DNA from: Bryobacteraceae bacterium
Lineage (GTDB): Bacteria > Acidobacteriota > Terriglobia > Bryobacterales > Bryobacteraceae
Reading direction: 5' to 3'
NCBI GenBank assembly: GCA_030041035.1
Contig: JASHOO010000242.1
Location: 1 to 56,861, forward strand
Length of the DNA: 56,861 bases
The position numbers and the translations under genes were made by a program. The notes beneath the pieces are model-generated. The model made no database searches. It worked only from the letters and a program-made list of their open reading frames with translations, and was not told where the DNA came from. Shown piece by piece: positions 9,046 to 18,221 of the stretch. Position 1 is the stretch's first letter, and the number at the start of each line of letters is the position of its first letter.

Positions 9046-9660
9046 TCAACTATTCGACGGCGTGATGCCGGCCTGGGAGAGCGTGTTCCAGATAATGTTC
9101 ATGGGATTGAGGCTGTCGCTCTGGGTTGCATTCGTCTGCGCGGTTGAAAAAAGCTGACTCAGCAATTGGCTGTCGCTGGAGCTGGAACTGGTGCTGCTCG
9201 TCGAGCTGGTCGAGCTGCTATTGGAGCTGGAATCGGTACTGGAGCTGCCGGAGCCGCCATGGAAATGGTGATGGTGGTGATGGCCGCCGGCTTGGGCCAG
9301 ATCAGTTAAGTTGGGGAGCTGGCCGCTTTGCGAAGCATTCGTGAAATCCTGGGCGAGCTGATTGAGCTGGTTGGCCGCACTGGTATTGCCTTGTGACTGG
9401 GCGGTCTGCGCGGCGCTCTGCAGGTTGGTCGCGATCTGCCCGGTGACCTGCTGGTATTCGGTCGGGTTCGACTGCTGTAACTGTTGCAGTGTGTTCATCA
9501 GCTGCGCCAACGGCGACATTTGACTGTTGTCGCTCTGTTGCGTGACCTGCGATGCACTAATGCCACTGGTCGTGTTTGTGTTCGGCGCCATGCCCGCGTT
9601 CTGGAGAGCGCTGGTCATGATCGACTGCAAGTAACTCGAGACGTTGTTAACGGAACTCAT
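9046..9660 (-). CDS. Low-complexity Q/S/T/N-rich hypothetical protein with internal His6
   Basis: 204 aa ORF with no Lys, Arg or Cys, containing GGHHHHHHFHGGSGSSS followed by a poly-Ser/Thr tract. No recognisable signal peptide. Confidence 0.6.
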   Translation of the reverse strand: MSSVNNVSSYLQSIMTSALQNAGMAPNTNTTSGISASQVTQQSDNSQMSPLAQLMNTLQQLQQSNPTEYQQVTGQIATNLQSAAQTAQSQGNTSAANQLNQLAQDFTNASQSGQLPNLTDLAQAGGHHHHHHFHGGSGSSSTDSSSNSSSTSSTSSTSSSSSDSQLLSQLFSTAQTNATQSDSLNPMNIIWNTLSQAGITPSNS

Positions 9661-9802
9661 GCCCGGCTTATCGGCATGCGGAGGTCCACTCTTGAATCGT
9701 CTCTAAAGCGCTGAGAATACAATTCGATTCCCGGGCCGGGCGCGGCAACTTTCGGACGCGGAGACGAAAGCTTGCCGAACAGCTATTCCCGAGAGATTGG
9801 CT

Positions 9803-10447
9803 CTACTTCTCCCGAGTCTTTTCTTCCTTGCTCAGGTTTTTCGCTGTATCCAGGTGCTGCTGGAGCGTTGGGAGAGCCTTGCCGGCGAAGGCTTTGACAT
9901 TGGCGTCACTACCGTTTTGCGCCTCGAGTTGGAAATCGTGCACATCCTGCTCCTGCTTCTTGGTCAGATCCTTGAGGAAAGCGTGATCGAACTCCGGGCC
10001 GGACAACTTGGCTAATTTATCGACGTGAGATTGTTGCTTGGAGTCGAGCGAATCGGGGACGTTTACCTTCTCGTTGTCAGCGATCTGCTTCAATTGCGTA
10101 GTGAGCTTGGTCTGATCACCCACAGTGGATTGGGCGAATTGCTTCACGGAATCGCTCGAAGCTTTCTGCTCAGCGAGCTTACCGACTTCGATTTCCGTCA
10201 AAGCGGCCATGGTTGCGTCTTTGACAAACCTCTTGTCATCCACTTTGGCCTGCGTGCTGTCATCCTGAGTGCCGATGGTGTTGTTAGTACCGATGGTGCT
10301 ATTGGGGTTATCGCCTGGAAACGTAGAGGGCGTTTGACCGCCCATGGGCGTATGACCGCCCGCCTGCGCCAGGACGAAACTGGGCTGAAAAAGCACATAG
10401 CCTCCTGTGATGATCACACTGAGCCATAGTTTTCGCATTCCGTTCAC
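9803..10447 (-). CDS. DUF4142 domain-containing secreted protein
   Basis: Signal peptide, then DKRFVKDATMAALTEIEVGKLAEQKA...GPEFDHAFLKDLTKKQEQDV...ALPTLQQHLDTAK, a characteristic DUF4142 pattern. Confidence 0.8.
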   Translation of the reverse strand: MNGMRKLWLSVIITGGYVLFQPSFVLAQAGGHTPMGGQTPSTFPGDNPNSTIGTNNTIGTQDDSTQAKVDDKRFVKDATMAALTEIEVGKLAEQKASSDSVKQFAQSTVGDQTKLTTQLKQIADNEKVNVPDSLDSKQQSHVDKLAKLSGPEFDHAFLKDLTKKQEQDVHDFQLEAQNGSDANVKAFAGKALPTLQQHLDTAKNLSKEEKTREK

Positions 10448-10563
10448 CTCCTTGATTGACGGGACGGCAGCCGGGCGAGATTCGTTAACGGCCGGGGTTA
10501 CTCTTGCGTTCCAGGTAGTGTGGAAGATAACAGACGCAATGGCACTATGGTGCGAGGCAGAGC

Positions 10564-11538
10564 CTACCCGTTTCTTTCCAGCAAGCCAAGTGCGGCGGGG
10601 CGGACCTGTTCGAATTGTGCGGTGGAGAGGGCGGAGACAAACGGGGGGACAGGGCCGGTTTCGGCGAGGCCGGAAAGTTCGACGCCGGCGTGCAGAACAG
10701 GTGCCGCGCCCCAGGCATCGCGCAAATCCTCGAACGGCAGGAATGCGCAGCGGATTTCTTCGGCGGCGGCGTAGTCGTGGCGCGCGCAGGCTTCGAAAAG
10801 TTCTCGGCTGAGGCGCGGAGCGAGCACGCCCGAGCCGGTGGTGAATCCGTTCAGTTTGAAGTCGCGCAAATGAACAACCGCGGGACGTTCGCCGATGCCG
10901 CTGATGACGCGGGCGGCGGGCACGCGCCGCAATAGCGCTGCCAGATACGCGTCGTCATGGGGATCTTTGCGCACGACTGCGTACTTGATGGATTCGCAGA
11001 TCTTGGCGTCGACCAGCCGGCCGACAGCGTCGAGTCCGGCTTCGCGATCGGGGCCGAAATCGGCTTCGTGCTTGATGTAGATAGAGAGCGGAACGCCGCA
11101 GGCTTCGGCAATCTCGCGCAGGCCGGTTTCGAGACCGGCGGCGTCGCGCGGATCGCCGCAGGGCAGCACGAGCACCGACGGAAAGCGGTGCCGGCGGATG
11201 AACGGCGCCTGATCCATAGCCCGACCAAAGGAGGGGCCCACACCCGGAATGACAGACATGTCGGGCGTAAAGCCTGCGGCCCATTCGATCAGCTCGGCGT
11301 AGTCGGCCATGGTGATGTGGTAGAGGAAAGCGTTGCCACCGTAAACCACGTTGAAGATACCGTGCTGTTGCAGGTGACGCAGGATTTTCTCGTTCTGAAC
11401 GAAATCGAGCGAGCGACGGGAGTCGCGTTTGCGCGCCAGAGGCGGCACGGGATAGACAGCGGGCGGACCGGAGCCAGCCGAAGCGGCCATGCCGACGCTT
11501 CCGAGAGCGGCTTGCTGCAAGAATTCTTTACGGGTCAT
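10564..11538 (-). CDS. Dihydrodipicolinate synthase family (DapA-like aldolase) protein
   Basis: 324 aa with a TIM-barrel aldolase-like layout (NVVYGGNAFLYH..., GVPLSIYIK...). Family-level call only. Confidence 0.6.
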   Translation of the reverse strand: MTRKEFLQQAALGSVGMAASAGSGPPAVYPVPPLARKRDSRRSLDFVQNEKILRHLQQHGIFNVVYGGNAFLYHITMADYAELIEWAAGFTPDMSVIPGVGPSFGRAMDQAPFIRRHRFPSVLVLPCGDPRDAAGLETGLREIAEACGVPLSIYIKHEADFGPDREAGLDAVGRLVDAKICESIKYAVVRKDPHDDAYLAALLRRVPAARVISGIGERPAVVHLRDFKLNGFTTGSGVLAPRLSRELFEACARHDYAAAEEIRCAFLPFEDLRDAWGAAPVLHAGVELSGLAETGPVPPFVSALSTAQFEQVRPAALGLLERNG

Positions 11539-11596
11539 GGGTGTCAGACAATATCGTACAGTCTACGCCTGCCAGGCAACCCGTTACAATGACAGG

Positions 11597-12553
11597 TTGA
11601 CGGTGCTCGACCTTATACAACCTGCGGTTCGGGATCGCGCGGATGAATTGAGCCGCGAATTCCAGTCCGCCCAACCCTTCAGGCACGTGGTGATGGACGA
11701 TTTTCTGGCGCCCGAGTTTTGCCGCGAGCTGTTGGCCGAATTTCCGGCGTTCGGCTGCGGGCAATCACGCAACGAAATTGGCGAACCGGGCCGGAAAGCG
11801 GTCAACAGCGATCTGCCGCATCTGGGGCCTTCCTACGCACGGTTGGACGCGATGCTGCGAAACCGGGAGTTCCTGGAGTTCATGGGACGGATCACGAGTA
11901 TTCCACACCTGCTCTACGACCGGAAATACGTGGGCGGCGGCACGCACGAGAATCTGGACGGTCAGGATCTGGATGCGCATGTAGATTTCAATTACCATCC
12001 GGTGACGCGCCTTCATCGGCGGCTCAATCTCATCATCTTTCTGAATCCGGAATGGCGTGAGGAGTGGGGAGGCGCGCTTGAGCTGCACGTGAATCCTTGG
12101 CTGGCGGAACAAGAGGATCGGGTGAAGGGGATTGTCCCGGTCGTCAATCGCGCCGTGGTGTTTGAGACCTCAGAGGTTTCATGGCACGGATTTAAGCGCA
12201 TCCAGCTTCCGGCAGACAAGAAGCACCTCTCGCGGCGTTCCATCGCGGTGTACTATTACACGCGACGCCGACCGGCGGAGGAGACCGCACCGGAGCACTC
12301 GACGGTCTACGTGCCGCGGCCGCTGCCGGATCGTCTCCACGCTGGGTACACGCTCCGGCAGGAGGATGTGGACGAGCTACGGTCGCTGGTGGCGCGGCGA
12401 GATATGCAGATCCGCTTCCTTTATGAGCGCGAGAAGGAGTTCTCGCCGGCGGTGCGCGTGATGCTGGGATCGAAATCATTCAAGCTGTACATGATGTTGA
12501 TCCAGCCGGTGCAAAAGCCTTGGTCGTGGTTCAAGACGCGGCATTTGCGTTAG
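11597..12553 (+). CDS. 2OG-Fe(II) oxygenase (prolyl-4-hydroxylase-like) family protein
   Basis: FRHVVMDDFL...GGGTHENLDGQDLDAHVDFNYHP...RRLNLIIFLN...WGGALELH. The start is uncertain: TTG 11597 is chosen to avoid overlapping the divergent gene, and ATG 11537 is the alternative. Confidence 0.65.
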   Translation: MTVLDLIQPAVRDRADELSREFQSAQPFRHVVMDDFLAPEFCRELLAEFPAFGCGQSRNEIGEPGRKAVNSDLPHLGPSYARLDAMLRNREFLEFMGRITSIPHLLYDRKYVGGGTHENLDGQDLDAHVDFNYHPVTRLHRRLNLIIFLNPEWREEWGGALELHVNPWLAEQEDRVKGIVPVVNRAVVFETSEVSWHGFKRIQLPADKKHLSRRSIAVYYYTRRRPAEETAPEHSTVYVPRPLPDRLHAGYTLRQEDVDELRSLVARRDMQIRFLYEREKEFSPAVRVMLGSKSFKLYMMLIQPVQKPWSWFKTRHLR

Positions 12554-13530
12554 AGACAAAGCGCGCAGCCTTTGCCTTGTTCTTTGGCGTGTGTGAACGC
12601 GACTTGCGCAGCGGCGACATCTTCGACGGCCAGGCCCAGGGATTTGAAGATCACGATCTCGTCTGTGGCAATGCGGCCAGGCGTGCGCCCGAGGATCACC
12701 TCGCCTAATTCGCCGGCGATATGAGCCTCGCTCCAGCGGCCTTCGCGAATGCCCTGCACGATGTCGCCCGCTTCCACCATTGCGGCGGCGCGCGAATCGA
12801 CGAACAGGCGAGCGCGGGCTACGAGATCGGGGTCCATCTCACGCATATCGGGGCGGCAGGCGCCGACGGCGATCACAAGCGCGCCAGGCGAAACCCAGAC
12901 GTCCTGAATGACGGGCGTAGCAGACGACGTCACCAGCGCAATCACGTCGGCGCCTCGTACCGCTTGCTCGGCGTTGGCCGCGGCGTGCACAGGAACTGAC
13001 GCGGCCGACGTGACATCAGAGACGAGGTTGATCAGATGATCTGGCGTGGGGCTCCAGGCGCGGATCTCGCCAAACCGGCAGACGCGCGTCAGCAGTTCGA
13101 CGTGGCTTCGAGCCTGCACTCCGGAGCCGAGTACGGCCAATATGGCGGCGTCCTCGCGGGCCAGCCGGGTGGCGGCGACGGCCGAAACTGCTGCCGTGCG
13201 TACCTCGGTGATGTAGCGGCCGTCCATGATCACATCGAGCGCGCCCGTATCCGGATCGAACAGCAGGATGGTCGCGAGGTGCGTGGGCATGCCGCGGGCG
13301 GCGTTCCCCTCAAAAACCGTAACCAGCTTGACGCCCATCGCCGCGGGTGAACAGAGATATGCCGGCATCACACCGAAGAAGTTGCGGCGTGGACCGGCCT
13401 GGAGCGCTGTACGCACAGGCTGGACGACCTCACCGCTGGAGAACGCAGAGAGCGCACGCTCCATGGCGTTGATGAGATCGGCGAGTGGGAGCAGATTGCG
13501 AACATCGGCTTCGGTGAGCAGGAGCGGCAT
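12550..13530 (-). CDS. Ornithine cyclodeaminase / mu-crystallin family protein
   Basis: 326 aa with the typical OCD pattern (MPAY...MGVKLVTVF..., GSGVQARSHVE Rossmann segment). Its stop overlaps the convergent 2OG oxygenase stop. Confidence 0.85.
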   Translation of the reverse strand: MPLLLTEADVRNLLPLADLINAMERALSAFSSGEVVQPVRTALQAGPRRNFFGVMPAYLCSPAAMGVKLVTVFEGNAARGMPTHLATILLFDPDTGALDVIMDGRYITEVRTAAVSAVAATRLAREDAAILAVLGSGVQARSHVELLTRVCRFGEIRAWSPTPDHLINLVSDVTSAASVPVHAAANAEQAVRGADVIALVTSSATPVIQDVWVSPGALVIAVGACRPDMREMDPDLVARARLFVDSRAAAMVEAGDIVQGIREGRWSEAHIAGELGEVILGRTPGRIATDEIVIFKSLGLAVEDVAAAQVAFTHAKEQGKGCALCL

Positions 13531-13536
13531 GGGGTG

Positions 13537-14196
13537 TCAAGGCTGGGCGACGAATTTTAGGAAGGACGCCACCGCGCGCTGCGCGATGGTGTCGTAGTCC
13601 CGGCGGCCGAGATCATGGCCGGCACCTTCGACGGGCAGAAGCTCCGTCGGCGCCGGGATGAGCGCACGCGCGGATTGCAGCTCATCATACGAGCCGAACG
13701 GATCGCGGCAGCCGTGGACGAACAGTGCGGGCGTCTGAAGCTTCGGAAAATGAGCGGTGCGAAGTTGCTCGGGTTTCTCGGGCGGATGTAGAGGATAGGA
13801 GAGCAGTAAGAGCCCGGAACAGAGTGCAGGGTCCTCGGCCGCCAGCATACTGGCCTGACGGCCGCCGTAGGAATGGCCGCCCAGGAAAATGCGGCCGGGG
13901 ACCATTTCGCGCAAGACATCAACTGCGCGCTTCAGCCCCGCACGGTCTTTCGCTCCGTTGCCGAAAGGCGGCCCGTGCGGGCGAGCCTGACGGAAAGGCA
14001 GATCGCACCGCAGAACCACGATGGCGGCATCGGCGAACGCTTCCGCCATGGCGACCAGCAGCGGCGCGCCGCAGTTCGAGCCGGCGCCATGCGTCAGAAT
14101 GAGCCCGGCATTTGCCGCATTGCCAGGGTGGTGCAGAAAGCCGCGCACCGATGGCTGATCCGGCGCCTGATTGACGAAACTCTCAACAGCGCCCAT
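13537..14196 (-). CDS. Alpha/beta hydrolase (dienelactone-hydrolase-like)
   Basis: 219 aa with the nucleophile elbow GGHSYGG and LILTHGAGS near the N-terminus. Confidence 0.8.
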   Translation of the reverse strand: MGAVESFVNQAPDQPSVRGFLHHPGNAANAGLILTHGAGSNCGAPLLVAMAEAFADAAIVVLRCDLPFRQARPHGPPFGNGAKDRAGLKRAVDVLREMVPGRIFLGGHSYGGRQASMLAAEDPALCSGLLLLSYPLHPPEKPEQLRTAHFPKLQTPALFVHGCRDPFGSYDELQSARALIPAPTELLPVEGAGHDLGRRDYDTIAQRAVASFLKFVAQP

Positions 14197-14222
14197 ACCG
14201 CGTACACTGCGATGATACTCGA

Positions 14223-15599
14223 ATGCCCACCTTATTTGACGCGATCATCATCGGGACCGGGCAAGCCGGCCCCCCGCTCGCCGGGCGGTTGACGGACGCG
14301 GGAATGCGCGTGGCCGTTATTGAGCGCAAACTCTTCGGCGGCACCTGCGTCAACACCGGCTGTATTCCGACAAAATCTCTGGTGGCGAGCGCCAAGGCCA
14401 TCCAGATGGCTCGTCGCGCGCAGGATTATGGATTCCGCACGGGACCGGTGACGGTAGACATGCCGTCAGTGAAAGCGCGCAAAGACGGCATCGTGGCCGC
14501 CTCAAGCCAGGGCGTGGAGTCATGGCTGCGCGGCCTGAAAAATTGCACGGTCTACACAGGTCACGCGCGCTTCGAGAGCCCGCGCACAGTCCGGGTCGGC
14601 GACGATGTGCTCGAAGCCGGCAAAATCTTTATTAATGTAGGCGGCCGTGCGTCGATACCAGCCATACGCGGCCTCGACATCGTCAGCTTCCTCACCAACT
14701 CCGGCATGATGGCTGTGGATTCCCTACCGCCGCATTTGCTGATTATTGGCGGCGGCTACGTCGGCCTGGAGTTCGGACAAATGTACCGGCGGTTCGGCAG
14801 CCAGGTCACTATCCTGCAACGGGGAAACTGCCTGGTCTCACGCGAAGACCCCGATATCTGCGATGCCATTCGGGCGATTCTCGAAGGCGACGGAATCCAC
14901 GTGCTCGCACCGTCCGCTGTCCATGAAGTCGCGCAGCAGGAAGGGCAGATTGCGGTCAAGTTCTCAGTCAATGGCGAAGATCGCGAGGTGCACGGCACCC
15001 ATCTGCTGGTCGCCACCGGGCGTGTGCCGAATACCGATGATCTGGGACTCGAACGGGCGGGAGTCGCCGTGGACGCTCGCGGGTATATTCAGGTGGACGA
15101 TCAACTCCGCTCTAACGTCCCCGGCATCTGGGCCATGGGTGATTGCAACGGCAGAGGCGCGTTTACCCACACCTCGTACAACGATTTCGAAATCGTGGCT
15201 GCCAATCTGCTGGACAATGATCCGCGGCGCGTCAGCGACCGGATTCCGGCGTACAACCTTTATATCGATCCGCCGCTGGCGCGCGCCGGAATGACGGAAA
15301 CTGAGGTGCGCCACTCGGGACGCAAGGCGTTAATCGGCACACGGCCGATGACACGCGTCGGGCGGGCCGTCGAGAAGGGAGAGACGCAGGGATTCCTGAA
15401 AGTGCTGGTGGACGCGGAGAGCAAGCTCATTCTGGGCGCATCCCTGCTGGGAGTGGAGTGCGACGAGGTGATCCATTGCCTGTTGGACGTGATGTATGCT
15501 AAAGTGCCCTATACCGTGATTCAGCGCGCCATGCATATTCATCCCACGGTTTCGGAGCTGATACCCACCGTACTGGGAGAATTGAAACCGCTCGAATGA
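14223..15599 (+). CDS. Class I pyridine nucleotide-disulfide oxidoreductase (mercuric reductase / RclA / dihydrolipoamide dehydrogenase-like)
   Basis: FDAIIIGTGQAGPPLA, the redox-active GGTCVNTGCIPTK, a second Rossmann segment IIGGGYVGLEF, and a C-terminal dimerisation region with HIHPTVSE. Confidence 0.85.
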   Translation: MPTLFDAIIIGTGQAGPPLAGRLTDAGMRVAVIERKLFGGTCVNTGCIPTKSLVASAKAIQMARRAQDYGFRTGPVTVDMPSVKARKDGIVAASSQGVESWLRGLKNCTVYTGHARFESPRTVRVGDDVLEAGKIFINVGGRASIPAIRGLDIVSFLTNSGMMAVDSLPPHLLIIGGGYVGLEFGQMYRRFGSQVTILQRGNCLVSREDPDICDAIRAILEGDGIHVLAPSAVHEVAQQEGQIAVKFSVNGEDREVHGTHLLVATGRVPNTDDLGLERAGVAVDARGYIQVDDQLRSNVPGIWAMGDCNGRGAFTHTSYNDFEIVAANLLDNDPRRVSDRIPAYNLYIDPPLARAGMTETEVRHSGRKALIGTRPMTRVGRAVEKGETQGFLKVLVDAESKLILGASLLGVECDEVIHCLLDVMYAKVPYTVIQRAMHIHPTVSELIPTVLGELKPLE

Positions 15600-15603
15600 C
15601 TAT

Positions 15604-16425
15604 TTAGGGCCGGCTTTCAATTTCCTGCATGGTCAGCAGGGCTTGCCGGCGCACGCGGTCGGGCATGCCGGCGGCGCCTCGGGCGTAGCGGCGGACATCA
15701 TCAAGATCCTTTTTCTGGCCCACACGCAGCAGACCGCGCAGTGCTTCCCAGACGTGCTCCTGGTCCGGGGAAAGCTCGGCCAACGTGTCGCCTGGGCCCA
15801 CGGCCGCTCCATCCTGCCGGCTCAACTCGATCACCTCACCAGGTAATGGCGACCGCACTTCGGCTTCGCCCACATGCCCCACGAGCGTCCCGGGGTTGAC
15901 GAATTCACCGGCCTTTAGCCTGTATCGAACAATGCCCGCTGCCGGTGCGGTGATGGAGTAGGAGCGCAGCATGGCCACCAGTTCCTCTCGGCCGGCAGCA
16001 TCGCCGAAGTTCGTCAGCGAGAGCGCGGCGTTACGCCGCACCATGGGTGAGGGGTCGCTCAGCAGTTTGAGCAGTGCAGCGTGGAACGGGTCGTAAGTAT
16101 GATCCTGGCCCATGATCCATGCCGTCGTTTGCCGCAACTCCAGGCTGGGACTGGCCGACACCTCAACGACTTGCGGATACCACTGCCGCACCCCGAGATC
16201 ACCACGGCTCAACCGCTCGCCGATCTGCACCAGCGCGTGTTGCGCCTTGCGCGGCTTGGCGGCTGCATTATCGAGATACCCGGTGATTTCGGCATCGGTG
16301 AGCCTGCGGCCGAACCACGTCTCGTACCAGAACAAGAAGGGAAACAGCACCAGCAGGAGCGCAAAACCGGTCATGAGCAAATACGCGCGTCGGCTGGGGC
16401 GTTTTGAGGTGGTGGCTGGAGTCAA
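15604..16425 (-). CDS. Membrane-anchored HEAT-repeat protein with embedded lipoyl/biotinyl-like barrel segment
   Basis: N-terminal TM segment (AYLLMTGFALLLVLFPFLFW), a HEAT-like segment (LLKLLSDPSPMVRRNAALSL), then GIVRYRLKAGEFVNPGTLVGHVGEAEVRSPLPGEVIEL resembling a barrel-sandwich hybrid without the modifiable Lys. Confidence 0.55.
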   Translation of the reverse strand: MTPATTSKRPSRRAYLLMTGFALLLVLFPFLFWYETWFGRRLTDAEITGYLDNAAAKPRKAQHALVQIGERLSRGDLGVRQWYPQVVEVSASPSLELRQTTAWIMGQDHTYDPFHAALLKLLSDPSPMVRRNAALSLTNFGDAAGREELVAMLRSYSITAPAAGIVRYRLKAGEFVNPGTLVGHVGEAEVRSPLPGEVIELSRQDGAAVGPGDTLAELSPDQEHVWEALRGLLRVGQKKDLDDVRRYARGAAGMPDRVRRQALLTMQEIESRP

Positions 16426-16445
16426 AGAGTTTATTCTGGCACGAT

Positions 16446-17504
16446 CTACGCCGGCAGGGCGCGTTGCAAAATGCGCAGCCAGTTGCCGTGCATGATCGCT
16501 TCCACATCCGGCTCGGAATACCCACGCACCCGCAGAACGCCGGGCAGTCTTTGCAGATCGGCAATGGTGTTGACATCATGCGGTGTCTGCTCAGTGCCGA
16601 ATTCGCCATCCAGATCACTGCCGACCGCCACGTGGCGCGTATTCCCCGCAAGCTGGCAGATATGATCGATATGATTCACGACGTCTTCCAGGCTGACCAC
16701 CGTGTTGGGCGTCACACCCGCAACAAATCCGGGGTAGAGCATCCAGATATCCAGCACGGCACCGATAACTGCGTCTCGCTCAATGAGGCAGCGAATCTGA
16801 TCGTCGGTTAACTGGCGGTCGCCCGGCACCAGAGCCCGGCAGTTGTGGTGGCTCGCCCAAACGGGCCCGTTGAAGATTTCGATCGCCTCCCAAAAGGCTT
16901 TGTCTGCGAGATGCGTGACATCCAGCGCCATCCCGGCCGCACACATTTCCCTCAGCAGATCCGGACCGCGCGCCGTCAGCCCTCCCGTAACGCCCGTCCC
17001 GTGCGCGTAACAGCCCGCGCCGTAGTGGGAAATGCCCGCGGCACGTAAACCGCGTTCCCACCAGAAATTCACATGAGCGGGAGAGAGGATAGGATCCGCG
17101 CCTTCCATGCTGAGGATGTAACCGAGCGGGCATCCTACCCGGTCGGCTCGCCACTGAGCCAGATGCGCCTCCACATCGCGCCACGTCCGCAACTGCCGCA
17201 AATGGCCTTGGCTTTCGAGAACGTTGTAGTATGCCAACTGCCCCTGCGCCATGGCACATGCGATTTCCTGGTTCCGGAAATCGATCCCGCTGGCGCCTTT
17301 CGGATTGGCACGCGCCAGCATCGTCGCAAAACAAATCGCGACTTCGCCCCTCCGCATCTCGGGAAGCGCCACGGTGTTGGTGCCGCGTCCCTGGCCGGTC
17401 ATAGCCTGCTCCGACCGGCGGATCTCCGCCGTGGAGAGTGTTAGATCGCGATTCCAGTTGACCGCGTTCAGCGACAGATCCAGGTGCGCGTCAATCAGCA
17501 GCAT
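16446..17504 (-). CDS. Membrane dipeptidase (peptidase family M19)
   Basis: MLLIDAHLDLSLNAV...HYGAGCYAHG...VAVGSDLDG. The start was moved to the internal ATG at 17504. The upstream extension to 17627 overlaps the YqgE gene and is R/C/W-rich. Confidence 0.8.
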   Translation of the reverse strand: MLLIDAHLDLSLNAVNWNRDLTLSTAEIRRSEQAMTGQGRGTNTVALPEMRRGEVAICFATMLARANPKGASGIDFRNQEIACAMAQGQLAYYNVLESQGHLRQLRTWRDVEAHLAQWRADRVGCPLGYILSMEGADPILSPAHVNFWWERGLRAAGISHYGAGCYAHGTGVTGGLTARGPDLLREMCAAGMALDVTHLADKAFWEAIEIFNGPVWASHHNCRALVPGDRQLTDDQIRCLIERDAVIGAVLDIWMLYPGFVAGVTPNTVVSLEDVVNHIDHICQLAGNTRHVAVGSDLDGEFGTEQTPHDVNTIADLQRLPGVLRVRGYSEPDVEAIMHGNWLRILQRALPA

Positions 17505-18198
17505 GTGCTGCGAGGTTAACCACGAGGAAGCGGGCGCGATTCCGCAAGCGGGCCATCCGCAAATCCTCCTGCCCAACCAGGCGGGTCCACAACGTTTCCG
17601 GATGAGGATCGAACACCGTGCCGGCATTGGCCGGCAGAACGTCCCAGGCGTCCATCCCCATTTCCCACTCCAATTGTCCGCTGTCCCAGCCCGCGTAGCC
17701 TAGATAGAGCCGGAAGGTCTTCGAGTCGGAACTGGACGCGATGGCCTTCTCTACGGCTGGCTTGCTCGAGATCATATAGACATCGCCAAAGACGTGCTTG
17801 GCTTCTTCCAGCTTGGTACCGGTCCGGATCAGCCCCATAATTCCGGTCGTGGCCACCGGGCCGCCCAGATAAAGCGGTTCCGACCGTCCCTGGGCCCCCC
17901 GCAGGTCGCGCGCCAGCCGGGAAACGGGCACTTTCGTCTGGCGGTTGATGATCAGGCCCAGTATCCCGTCTTCGTCCACCTGCACGAGAACGATGACAGT
18001 CTCGGCGAAATTCGGATCCTCCAAACTGCGGCGCGCCACCAAAATCTGCCCGGCAGCCAGATGCGGACCGGTTTCATCCCCCTGTACAGGCACCAGCCGC
18101 CAGTCGGCGCAGAGCACCAGGGAGGCCCCAAGCACCGCTGCGGTAACGGCGAAGAGTATACGCGCGGGCCTCACGCCGAACACCACTCGCCCATCCAT
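17491..18198 (-). CDS. YqgE/AlgH family (UPF0301) protein
   Basis: FAETVIVLVQVDEDGILGLIINR...LYLGGPV...YLGYAGWDSGQLEWEM is the typical AlgH/YqgE signature. Confidence 0.8.
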   Translation of the reverse strand: MDGRVVFGVRPARILFAVTAAVLGASLVLCADWRLVPVQGDETGPHLAAGQILVARRSLEDPNFAETVIVLVQVDEDGILGLIINRQTKVPVSRLARDLRGAQGRSEPLYLGGPVATTGIMGLIRTGTKLEEAKHVFGDVYMISSKPAVEKAIASSSDSKTFRLYLGYAGWDSGQLEWEMGMDAWDVLPANAGTVFDPHPETLWTRLVGQEDLRMARLRNRARFLVVNLAAHAAD

Positions 18199-18221
18199 TA
18201 TTCGATTCTACCCCTCAAGTC

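Noticed and set aside
9259-9282. The His6 run followed by a GGSGSSS-like linker could be an expression-vector His-tag contaminant.
   Set aside because: It is internal to a 204-aa ORF with matching low-complexity composition on both sides. It is flanked by ordinary chromosomal genes, and no vector-derived sequence (T7 tag, protease site, MCS) is adjacent.
16446-17627. Longest-ORF N-terminal extensions. Affected ORFs include 16446..17627, 18222..19349, 20053..20415, 45151..45753, 47150..48511, 49242..50480, 54482..56083, 28944..29981, 32229..34640 and 36473..36739.
   Set aside because: The extensions overlap the upstream gene or are R/C/W/P-rich. In each case an internal start matches the conserved family N-terminus, a signal peptide, an SD sequence or a stop-start overlap.
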